64,000 bases of DNA from an uncultured Clostridium sp. (GTDB lineage Bacteria; Bacillota; Clostridia; TANB77; CAG-508), in NCBI GenBank assembly GCA_958422985.1, contig CATZPY010000003.1:21671-85670 (forward strand). Reading direction: 5' to 3'. Below the pieces are notes generated by a model that searched no databases, had not been told where the DNA came from, and saw only the letters and a list, made by a program, of their open reading frames with translations. Within the stretch, counting starts at the first letter, position 1. Every line of letters starts with the position of its first letter. Below are positions 55,866 to 64,000 of this stretch, piece by piece. A program made the position numbers and the translations under genes.

Positions 55866-57317
55866 TTATACATTCTTTATATTCCTCTTCTTAAATGATA
55901 CTATAGAAGCTACTAGCATTATTACAAAATATATTGCACAAATAGTAATTGAAAATTCCACACTAGTATCTTTAAACATTGGTGTTCCTCCAAATAAGTA
56001 TTGGCTTAAATCCCAGTTAGGTGTTACAAAATATTTTACCCAATCCCATTTGTAAGTAAGAGCCAACATATTAATCATATCACCGCCCATATATCCAAAG
56101 ATAGGCAAAGCTATTGCAAGTGGTGAATTTAAGAAAATTGTACTAAGAGTAAATGCTAAAGTTCCTATTAAAATAACTATTGGTAATTTGCAAATAAACA
56201 TTAATCCTAAATATGCAAATATATTTAATGTAACGATACTATTATTATTAAAGTCAAATTGTAGAACTTGCATTGCATAAGTTTCGAATCCATATACTAT
56301 TCCACCAACTATAAGTTGTAATGCTAGAATTGATATTGTAGTAAGAACCATAGTAATAAAAACAGAAATTAATTTTGCTATAAGAATTTTTGTTCTGCTA
56401 TATGGTCTAACTAATAATAATTTTACAGTTCCTTTGTTAAACTCTTCACTAACAGAAATACCTGCAACTATTACAACAACCATTACTATTATAAACATAT
56501 ATGATGATATAGAATTTTGGAATAAATAATTTGCCGTTGAAGGATTTTGGTATTCAGTATTATTATATATGTCATATTTATATAAGTTTGCTTGTTCTAG
56601 GTTGTTATTCATATCTGTTTTCTCTTCATCTGTTATATTCTTATTTTGTGCATATTGATTATAATTTTCCATATACATTCTATAACGTTGTATTGCCAAA
56701 CTTTTATAATCTTCACTACCATATTTTATATCTTTTTCTAGTCTTAATGTTACTACTTCTTTTTGTAATTCTAAGCTTTTTAATTGTAATTGTAAATCTG
56801 TATTTTCCTTATCTTGCTCCATTAATAAATTTAGTTGTTCAAGTTGTAAATTAATATTTTCAAGTTCTTTATTTGCAAAATACTTCCAATTGTTTTCTCT
56901 TAAAGCTTTAGACATCTCGTCATATTTAGCATTAGATTCTGCAAGCTTATTTTCGTTTTTATCTACATATTTATAATTATTTATTTCTCCCATTATTGGA
57001 GCCATAACGTTTTCTATTACTTCTGCTTGCCAGCTATTTTGTGTATAATCTTTTGCTAAGTCTGCAACATCTTTTTGTGACTTTACCTCTGCATATTTAT
57101 TTATATCTGATGCTTTATTTTGGTCTAATCCATTTAATTCCTCTTCTAGATAATTTATATAATTATCTGTATATGCTGGATATGAACTTGACCTATCTAT
57201 GCTTATTTTTCCCATTACATTAATACCTATAATGAATATTAATATGAGAACTCCAATAACAATCATACTCTTTTTAGAGAAAATTTTTACTAATTCATTT
57301 TTTATTAATTTAATCAA
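55866..57317 (-). CDS. ABC-2 type transporter permease with a large coiled-coil extracytoplasmic insert
   Basis: It has an N-terminal TM helix, a hydrophilic region of about 240 aa, then five TM helices (VSEEFNKGTVKLLLVRPYSRTKIL...). It overlaps the ATPase gene by 8 nt. Confidence 0.7.
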   Translation of the reverse strand: MIKLIKNELVKIFSKKSMIVIGVLILIFIIGINVMGKISIDRSSSYPAYTDNYINYLEEELNGLDQNKASDINKYAEVKSQKDVADLAKDYTQNSWQAEVIENVMAPIMGEINNYKYVDKNENKLAESNAKYDEMSKALRENNWKYFANKELENINLQLEQLNLLMEQDKENTDLQLQLKSLELQKEVVTLRLEKDIKYGSEDYKSLAIQRYRMYMENYNQYAQNKNITDEEKTDMNNNLEQANLYKYDIYNNTEYQNPSTANYLFQNSISSYMFIIVMVVVIVAGISVSEEFNKGTVKLLLVRPYSRTKILIAKLISVFITMVLTTISILALQLIVGGIVYGFETYAMQVLQFDFNNNSIVTLNIFAYLGLMFICKLPIVILIGTLAFTLSTIFLNSPLAIALPIFGYMGGDMINMLALTYKWDWVKYFVTPNWDLSQYLFGGTPMFKDTSVEFSITICAIYFVIMLVASIVSFKKRNIKNV

Positions 57318-58222
57318 TTATATTCCCCCCAGTCTTTTCTAAAAATGCATCTTCTAAGCTTAAGTTTTCCTCTGTTATACTGTATACTTTTATATTTCTT
57401 AAAATTAATTCCTTTAAAAGCATAGGCACTTGACTTTTTTCTATATAAATTCTTATTTCTCTTTCTGTTAAAATTTCATTTTTATAATCTATTATAGAAT
57501 TTATAATGCTAGTATCTTCAACTTCTAATATATAGCAATCTTTCTTTATATCTTTTTTGAATGTTTCTATATCACTTGTTTCAACTATTTCGCCATTTTT
57601 TATTATTGATATTTTGTTACAGAATGTATCTAACTCTGCTAAGTTATGGCTAGATATTAATATGGCCATATTTTCCTTTTCTGCTAATCTTTTCAAAAGT
57701 ACTTTAACTTCTTTTATACCCTCTGGGTCTAAACCATTTGTTGGCTCGTCTAGTATTAATAACTTAGGTTTATGCAATAATGCTTGTGCAATACCTAATC
57801 TTTGACGCATTCCTAGTGAATATTTAGAAACTTTATCTTTAATTCTATTTTCTAGTCCAACTAATTTTACAATTTCATTTATTCTATTAGAATCTACATT
57901 TTTATATAAGTTGGCTACTAATTTTAAATTTTCATAGCCTGACATATACATATATAAATCTGGACTTTCTACAATTGTGCCAACACTTTGTATTGCTTTT
58001 GTAAAGTTTTCTTCTATGTTATATCCATTTATATACACCTTTCCAGATGTTATATTTTGAAGTCCGAGTATTAACTTTATAGTTGTTGTTTTCCCTGCTC
58101 CATTTGGACCAATAAAACCTAAAATATCTCCTTCTTCTAGTTTTAGTGATACACCTTTTAAAATTTCTTTTTGACCGAAAATTCTTTTTTAAATTTTCGC
58201 ATCTTAATATAATCTTTTTCAA
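57310..58222 (-). pseudogene. ABC transporter ATP-binding protein interrupted by a 1-nt frameshift (or sequence error) near codon 15
   Basis: TTG start after AAGGAGGGTG: LKKIILRCENLKKNF. Walker A (GQKEILKGVSLKLEEGDILGFIGPNGAGKTTT) is in the next frame. It continues into the long ORF with the signature LSLGMRQRL, Walker B LLILDEPTNGLD, and the H-loop SSH. The shift must lie within 58175-58190, which includes an A6 run on the coding strand. Confidence 0.8.
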
Positions 58223-58321
58223 CTTTTCACCCTCCTTAGTATTTTATCTTTTTATATATTAGCACATAAATATTAAGGAAAAAGTATACAATTTATTAAG
58301 ATTTTATTTAGGAGGATTATT

Positions 58322-59170
58322 GTGAAGATAAAAATATTTTCTTTTTCAAAATTTATCTGTGCCTTTGTAATATTAATTATTTTATTAGTTATAGGTTTTT
58401 CTATTACTATTGCAAATACAGAAGATTACGTAGAAGTACCAATAATTATGTATCATAGCATTTTAAAAGATACTTCTAGGTCTAATAAATATACTATTAC
58501 GCCATCTGTTTTAGAAGAAGACTTAAAATACCTTAAAGATAATGGTTATACTACAATTACCATTTCTGATTTAATTACTTATGTATATGATGATAAAAAC
58601 TTACCTTCAAAGCCTATTATTTTAACTTTTGATGATGGTCATTATAATAACTATGGGTATTTATTTCCATTATTAGAAAAATATGATATGAAAGCTGTAA
58701 TCTCTATTGTAGGAGCGTATACAGATAAATTTACGCAAACAGATGAAGCTAATTTAAATTATTCCTATTTAAGATGGAAAGATATTAAAGAATTAATTGA
58801 TACCGGGCGTATCGAATTCCAAAATCATACTTATAATTTACACCATAGCTATGGCAAAAGAATTGGCACTAAGAAGATTAAAGGTGAAACTAATGAACAT
58901 TATAAAACCGCTTTAGAAGAGGATGTTTTAAAATTGCAAAATGAATTTAAGGATAATACTGGTTATACTCCACAATGCTTTACTTATCCGTTTGGTGGAG
59001 TTTCTAAAGAATCTCTAGATATAATAAAAAAATTAGGATTTAAAGCCAGTTTATCTTGTGAAGAAGGTGTTAATAAACTAACTAAAAATCCCAATTCTCT
59101 ATATTTACTAAAAAGATTTAATAGGCCAAGTTATATTAGTACTTATAACTTTTTCCAAAAGATTAATTAA
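58322..59170 (+). CDS. Membrane-anchored polysaccharide deacetylase (NodB/CE4)
   Basis: It has an N-terminal TM helix, TFDDGHYNNY, and QNHTYNLH. The GTG start follows AGGAGG. Confidence 0.8.
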   Translation: MKIKIFSFSKFICAFVILIILLVIGFSITIANTEDYVEVPIIMYHSILKDTSRSNKYTITPSVLEEDLKYLKDNGYTTITISDLITYVYDDKNLPSKPIILTFDDGHYNNYGYLFPLLEKYDMKAVISIVGAYTDKFTQTDEANLNYSYLRWKDIKELIDTGRIEFQNHTYNLHHSYGKRIGTKKIKGETNEHYKTALEEDVLKLQNEFKDNTGYTPQCFTYPFGGVSKESLDIIKKLGFKASLSCEEGVNKLTKNPNSLYLLKRFNRPSYISTYNFFQKIN

Positions 59171-60293
59171 CCTTAATAATTTCATATTTTCTTGTACCTA
59201 CTCCTATTTTTTCTGCATGTTCTAAGCAAGATTTCCACTCGCTTTGTGGAGTAGTGTTTTTAAAGTGGTCATGGTGGTCTTCGAAATCTTTTGACTTCAT
59301 ATTATTATCTAATAAACTACCTGGTATTGGTTTTTGTGCATTGCAAGCATCTGCACATGCTTGGTCTAATGCTACTGGGTCAAAACTTGCAAACATTCCT
59401 ATATCTGGTAATATTGGAAGATCGTTTTCTGCATGACAATCGCAATATGGTGATATATCTAAAACTAAGTTAATATGAAAATTTGGTCTTCCATCTAGAA
59501 CTGCTTTTGTATATTCTGCCATCTTTTTATTTAGTAACTCGTTTGCATGAGTATTGTTGTTATAAATAGCGTCAAAATTACAAGCTCCTAAACATCTACC
59601 ACAACCAACACATTTATTGTGATCTATATTAGCTTTTCCATTATTATCAAAAGATATTGCACCATGAGCACAATTTTTAGCACAAAGGTGGCATTTTTTA
59701 CATTTTTCTAAATCTACAGAAGGTTTTCCAGAACGGTGTTGCTCCATTTTTCCTGCTCTACTGCCACAGCCCATACCAATATTTTTTAAAGCTCCTCCAA
59801 ATCCTGCTGCTTCATGTCCTTTAAAATGGTTTAAAGATATAAATACATCTGCATCCATAATTGTTCTTCCAATTTTAGCATCTTTTACATATTCTCCACC
59901 TTCTACTGGTACTTCTACATCATCTGTTCCTTTTAACCCATCTGCTATTATTACGTGGCAACCAGTGGAAAATGGACTAAATCCATTTTCATATGCTGCT
60001 TCTAAATGGTCTAATGCATTTTTTCTTTGTCCTACATATAATGTATTACAATCTGTTAGAAATGGCTTTCCACCTAATTCTTTTACAATATCTACTACTG
60101 TTTTTGCATAGTTTGGTCTTAAATATGCTAAGTTTCCTGGTTCTCCAAAGTGAATCTTAATTGCAACAAATTTGTTTTCAAAATTAATATTTTCTATTCC
60201 TGCTTTCTTTATTAGCTTTTCTAGCTTTTTTTGTAAACTTGTACCTGGTAATGCTCTAAAATCTGTAAAATATACTTTTGATACTTCTTCCAT
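59163..60293 (-). CDS. DUF362 domain protein with two 4Fe-4S ferredoxin-type clusters
   Basis: The N-terminus VYFTDFRALPGTSLQKKLEKLI...VAIKIHFGEPGN is the DUF362 pattern. It also has CKKCHLCAKNCAHGA and CVGCGRCLGACNFDA. Confidence 0.75.
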   Translation of the reverse strand: MEEVSKVYFTDFRALPGTSLQKKLEKLIKKAGIENINFENKFVAIKIHFGEPGNLAYLRPNYAKTVVDIVKELGGKPFLTDCNTLYVGQRKNALDHLEAAYENGFSPFSTGCHVIIADGLKGTDDVEVPVEGGEYVKDAKIGRTIMDADVFISLNHFKGHEAAGFGGALKNIGMGCGSRAGKMEQHRSGKPSVDLEKCKKCHLCAKNCAHGAISFDNNGKANIDHNKCVGCGRCLGACNFDAIYNNNTHANELLNKKMAEYTKAVLDGRPNFHINLVLDISPYCDCHAENDLPILPDIGMFASFDPVALDQACADACNAQKPIPGSLLDNNMKSKDFEDHHDHFKNTTPQSEWKSCLEHAEKIGVGTRKYEIIKVN

Positions 60294-60308
60294 CTTTCTT
60301 TCCTCCTA

Positions 60309-61238
60309 TTAATGATTAAATGATAGTATTCTTTTTATGAAAGCTATTATCTTATTGTTATATATAATAGCTAAAGCATTTTTGCTATTTTTTTTGTTGT
60401 ATTCCTTTTCTTTTTTATGTAATTTATCTATTATTTTATTATAGCTCTCTTCATAAAATTTATCTTCTTCTACTACGCCTCTATAATTTTTTAGTTCTTC
60501 TAATTTCTCTTTTATGTTTTCTATATCCTCTTCATTATATATATTAGTTAAAGCATAGTAAAAATACGATTTCATTATATAATTTTGTATATCGAAATAT
60601 GTTTCCTTTATTTCTTGTTCTACTTTATATATGTCATCTGTTTCTTTATACTCTATTTCTAAATAGTATAGTTTTTTAAAGTCTGAAATAAGCTTTTCTA
60701 TATTACCATTAAAAACTTTATTTACTAATATAAAATAATCATCTTTATTCTTTATTACAGTTTGTACTAATTCTTCTTTTCCTAATAAGAAATCTATTTG
60801 CATTACTAAATTAACTAACAACGCATAGTCACCCTCTATTAAAGATGATAAAAAAATTCCAAATATATTCATTCTTTCTTTTAATTCTTGCGTTAGTAAT
60901 TTAGTAATAAATTTATTTAATGATTCTAAAAAAAATGATTGCTCTTGACCTTCTTGTAAAAAGTGCAAAAATTCTATTACTAAAACTTCGTTTATTGAAT
61001 TTATATAAATTTTATTTGAAAGGTATATAGTCCCATCATTATAATAGTGCTTTATACTTTCATCTTCAAATTTTACAATACTTATTTTACATTGTTCTAG
61101 CTTTTTTAATAATTCTGTATATTCTTCCTTTAAATTGCCAAATACATTTATAATTCTTATTGCAATTTCGTTTGCAATTTTATTTACTTTATATTGTGGC
61201 ATTTCTTCTATTATTTCTTTTATCTTTTGCTCTTCCAT
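60309..61238 (-). CDS. Hypothetical protein (309 aa, helical, Glu/Lys-rich)
   Basis: It is an open ORF, 19 nt downstream of the 118-aa ORF. I recognise no motif. Confidence 0.5.
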   Translation of the reverse strand: MEEQKIKEIIEEMPQYKVNKIANEIAIRIINVFGNLKEEYTELLKKLEQCKISIVKFEDESIKHYYNDGTIYLSNKIYINSINEVLVIEFLHFLQEGQEQSFFLESLNKFITKLLTQELKERMNIFGIFLSSLIEGDYALLVNLVMQIDFLLGKEELVQTVIKNKDDYFILVNKVFNGNIEKLISDFKKLYYLEIEYKETDDIYKVEQEIKETYFDIQNYIMKSYFYYALTNIYNEEDIENIKEKLEELKNYRGVVEEDKFYEESYNKIIDKLHKKEKEYNKKNSKNALAIIYNNKIIAFIKRILSFNH

Positions 61239-61257
61239 ATTCTAACCTCTGATATAT

Positions 61258-61614
61258 TTAGTTTTTATCTATTAATAATTTTATTATGTAATCTTCTTGT
61301 TTTCCTATAATGTATAGCCCTTCTTGTTTCTTTATAAACCATGATGTTAAATCATTATATTTTTCGCCATCTATTATTAAACCATTAAAGTTTACGGGAT
61401 TTCTTACTCTAAATTTTTCACTTTCTAAGTCTATTATAACTGTTTTTATTTTACCTTCTTCCTCTAACTTCTCTAGTTCTTCCATTCTTGCTTTACTATT
61501 TTTAGCAATTTTGTTGAATTGGATTACTTTAATAATATATACTATAGATTTTAAACTTATAAGTGTAATAGTAGCTAATATTGCACTTAATAAAATTATA
61601 TGCTCATCACTCAT
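61258..61614 (-). CDS. Hypothetical membrane-anchored protein (118 aa)
   Basis: It has an N-terminal TM helix (IILLSAILATITLISLKSIVYII). I recognise no motif. Confidence 0.5.
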   Translation of the reverse strand: MSDEHIILLSAILATITLISLKSIVYIIKVIQFNKIAKNSKARMEELEKLEEEGKIKTVIIDLESEKFRVRNPVNFNGLIIDGEKYNDLTSWFIKKQEGLYIIGKQEDYIIKLLIDKN

Positions 61615-61847
61615 ATTCTTACTTCCTTTTTATTTTATCGCTCTAAAATTTCTTGGCTTAATTCACTCGAATTATATCATAATAAAAATAAAAAAAACAT
61701 ATTTATACAAAAATTAATAAAACTTTAATTACACCATTCTAAGTCATGCAATGCTTTTTTAGTACAAAAGTTATTAGCTAAAAAAATAAAGTGAACCTTT
61801 ATTGTTATTTTTATAACATTTTTAGTCCACTTTTAAATTATATATTA

Positions 61848-62990
61848 CTAATCACCTAAACAAATACCAACATCTCTTGCTGTCTTTACTAGGTCGTCTT
61901 CCATTGTTACATATCTTACATTACTTTCTGCTGTACCACCTTGAACGGCTCCTATTTCTTTGTTTTCTCCAACTACAACTTCTAGAGGAACACAGTCTAA
62001 TTTTCCGTTTTTTATAACTGTTAAAACTCCGAATTTTCCTTCCATGGCAAGTTCCATAGCTTTTGCACCATATTTTGTAGATAATACTCTATCATAAGCT
62101 GTTGGTGTTCCACCTCTTTGCATATATCCTAAAATAGTACATCTAGAGTCTAAACCTGTTAATTCTTTTAATTGTTTTGCAACTCTATTTCCTTCTCCTC
62201 CAAATTTAACACTTATTCCTGCTTTGTTGTCAATTCCTTCTGCTTCGTGTGTTGTTTGTTCTGCATTTATAGGATGTGCCCCTTCTGAAACAACTACAAC
62301 GCTGAATTTTTTACCATTTGCTTTTCTTTTATTAATAGCTTCTGCTGCTTTATTAATGTCATATGGTATTTCTGGTATTAAAGCAACATCTGCTCCTCCA
62401 GAAATTGCAGATTCTAATGCTATCCAACCTGCAAATCTTCCCATAACCTCTAATACCATTATTCTGTCATGTGTTTCTGCTGTTGTATGTAATCTGTCTA
62501 ATGCTTCTGTTGCAACATGAACAGCTGTATTATATCCAAATGTAACATCTGTACAAGCAACATCATTATCAATTGTTTTTGGAACACCTATTGTGTTAAT
62601 TCCTTTTAAGAATAAATCTCTTGCAGATTTTTGTGTACTATCTCCTCCTAGTGTAAATACACAATCAAATCCTGCTTCTTTTACATTTCTTACACATTGA
62701 TCTGATAAATCTTCATAAGTAACTGTTCCATCTTCATGTTCTACTTTATAATGGAAAACTATAGCATTTGTAGAAGATCCTATGATTGAACCTCCTTTTG
62801 TTAATATTCCAGAAGCTGTTTCACTTCCGTCTAAACGAATATAGTTATTATTTACAAGACCTCTGTAACCGTCAATATAACCATAACATTCAATTCCATT
62901 AGTTTCACAAGTCTTTTTTATTGCTCTAATTACAGCATTAAAGCCTGAAACGTCTCCACCATTTGCTAAAATTGCTACTTTTTTAATCAT
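61848..62990 (-). CDS. pfk: 6-phosphofructokinase family protein (ATP- or PPi-dependent type unresolved)
   Basis: It has VAILANGGDVSGFNAVIRA, LGGDST, GVPKTIDNDV and MQRGG. The Lys in PKTIDND is the residue typical of PPi-dependent enzymes, but the GGDS context is atypical. Confidence 0.85.
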   Translation of the reverse strand: MIKKVAILANGGDVSGFNAVIRAIKKTCETNGIECYGYIDGYRGLVNNNYIRLDGSETASGILTKGGSIIGSSTNAIVFHYKVEHEDGTVTYEDLSDQCVRNVKEAGFDCVFTLGGDSTQKSARDLFLKGINTIGVPKTIDNDVACTDVTFGYNTAVHVATEALDRLHTTAETHDRIMVLEVMGRFAGWIALESAISGGADVALIPEIPYDINKAAEAINKRKANGKKFSVVVVSEGAHPINAEQTTHEAEGIDNKAGISVKFGGEGNRVAKQLKELTGLDSRCTILGYMQRGGTPTAYDRVLSTKYGAKAMELAMEGKFGVLTVIKNGKLDCVPLEVVVGENKEIGAVQGGTAESNVRYVTMEDDLVKTARDVGICLGD

Positions 62991-63045
62991 TTAAAAAACC
63001 TCCCTAATAATAACTTTTAAGCCCAATATATATTTAAGCCTTTGC

Positions 63046-63549
63046 TTAGTCTTCCAATAATCTTTCACTAGTTTCTTTAAAATTAGCAAAATTAGTATGT
63101 CTTATTACCTCGTATGCTAATATTGAAACGGCATTAGATAAATTTAAACATCTAATTCCATCTATCATTGGAATTCTCATAGTTTTATTAATATATTTTT
63201 TCATTATATCTTCTGGTAACCCTTTAGTTTCTTTTCCAAATAGTAAAAATACTTCATTCATATCTTCGTACTTAGGCTCATCATATCTATGCGTTCCTTT
63301 AGATGTAATAAAAAACATATTTGTTTGTTCAGGATCATATTTTTTTAGAAATTCTGCAAAAGAAGTATGTCTTTCTATTTCTAATTTGTCCCAGTAATCT
63401 AAACCTGCTCTTTTCAAATATTTGTCTGTTATTTGAAATCCTAATGGCTCTACCAAATGTAATTTTGCTCCTGTTGCTGCACAAGTTCTTACAATATTAC
63501 CTGTGTTTTGTGGTATTTCTGGTTCTACTAGTACAATATTTAATTTCAT
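63046..63549 (-). CDS. trmL: tRNA (cytidine/uridine34-2'-O)-methyltransferase TrmL (SpoU/TrmH family)
   Basis: It has LNIVLVEPEIPQNTGNIVRTCAATG, LLFGKETKGLP and MRIPM...RCLNLSNAVSILAYE. Confidence 0.9.
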   Translation of the reverse strand: MKLNIVLVEPEIPQNTGNIVRTCAATGAKLHLVEPLGFQITDKYLKRAGLDYWDKLEIERHTSFAEFLKKYDPEQTNMFFITSKGTHRYDEPKYEDMNEVFLLFGKETKGLPEDIMKKYINKTMRIPMIDGIRCLNLSNAVSILAYEVIRHTNFANFKETSERLLED

Positions 63550-63675
63550 TTATATGCCTCCTTACGTAAATTATATAATATCAATTATATTGTTTTATTT
63601 CAAGAGTTTTGTATTAATTTATGCGATTAATTTCTTATAGTTTCATACTATAAAGGTGTTTTCTTATATTACACA

Positions 63676-63706
63676 AAAAGAAGAGGCTCTAGCCTCCAAC
63701 TTTTTT
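63676..63706 (-). terminator. Hairpin terminator after the spoIIIAH-like gene
   Basis: The minus strand reads AAAAAAGTTGGAGGCTAGAGCCTCTTCTTTTTG. The stem is GAGGCT/AGCCTC, extended by the flanks. Confidence 0.5.
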
Positions 63707-63718
63707 CCTACGTATATT

Positions 63719-64000
63719 TTATTTATTACTAATATGTATGTTTTCGATTTCCGCATTCATCTCTCTTGCTATAATATTTTGTACTTGTGCAATTACTTCT
63801 TGTTCTAATTTTTCCGATTTTACAATTACATTTATACTCTTATCATTAACAAAGATTACAACATCATCTATTCCTTTAGTTTTAATTAAGTTTTCACAAA
63901 TCATTATACTATTTTGCATGTTGTTTATTTTAGTTATTTCTTGTGTTGCTACTGTTTTTTGCTCTTCTCCTACATTTTGATTATCTAATAAGCTCTGGTA
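63719..64000 (-). CDS. spoIIIAH: C-terminal part of a SpoIIIAH-like sporulation protein (5' end outside window)
   Basis: The frame is open to the window edge (YQSLLDNQNVGEEQKTVATQEITKINNMQNS...). The C-terminus ...DDVVIFVNDKSINVIVKSEKLEQEVIAQVQNIIAREMNAEIENIHISNK resembles the SpoIIIAH/YscJ-like C-terminal domain. The call is from memory only. Confidence 0.45.
   Translation of the reverse strand, partial: YQSLLDNQNVGEEQKTVATQEITKINNMQNSIMICENLIKTKGIDDVVIFVNDKSINVIVKSEKLEQEVIAQVQNIIAREMNAEIENIHISNK

Noticed and set aside
58019-58222. A 67-aa ORF listed as a separate reading frame.
   Set aside because: Its first 15 codons are the genuine N-terminus of the ABC ATPase. The remainder is out-of-frame read-through of the Walker A region (see the frameshift finding).

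Overview
The window is a very AT-rich chromosomal segment, roughly 20-30% G+C in hand-counted lines. Its gene content points to an endospore-forming Firmicute of the class Clostridia: yabP-yabQ-divIC, spoIIIAH-like and dpaB, plus a bile-salt-hydrolase-type Ntn hydrolase that suggests a gut habitat. All protein calls rest on motifs I recognise by eye or from memory. No alignments or HMM searches were run.

Layout:
- Bases 1-39139 are almost entirely plus-strand. In order: secA 3' end, GH3/HAD/ROK sugar genes, an MBOAT + SGNH + sigV-rsiV operon, uraA-upp, prfB, lysC, pepC, trxB-trxA, mnmA, a class A PBP, a five-gene glycan operon, a yneA-like LysM gene, a six-gene cell-wall operon and asnS.
- Bases 39319-64000 are almost entirely minus-strand. 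In order: rho, divIC-yabQ-yabP, a DnaB-like helicase, lemA, dpaB, ackA-pta, trmB, tsaC, an ABC transporter, a DUF362 Fe-S protein, pfk, trmL and a spoIIIAH-like 3' end.
- I found no rRNA, tRNA, CRISPR array or intact transposase.

Most notable observations:
1. A DUF692/MNIO-like TIM-barrel gene sits inside a glycosyltransferase/SDR operon, with no obvious RiPP partner or precursor.
2. A PatA/PatB-type O-acetylation pair is apparently co-transcribed with a SigV/RsiV-type lysozyme-sensing pair.
3. A yneA-like LysM gene has two LexA-box-like sites over a near-consensus promoter.
4. A tightly packed operon mixes peptidoglycan hydrolase, Ntn hydrolase, peptidoglycan deacetylase and a HipA-like kinase.
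5. A 1.56 kb ORF-free region carries a 23-bp perfect direct repeat bracketing a decayed ORF.
6. Two families of dispersed hairpin repeats lie at gene 3' ends.
7. A G+C-rich tandem CxxCGGxCC-domain gene lies next to an orphan dpaB.
8. Two unexpected 1-nt frameshifts occur, one at the prfB 3' end and one in the ABC ATPase, in addition to the canonical prfB +1 recoding site.
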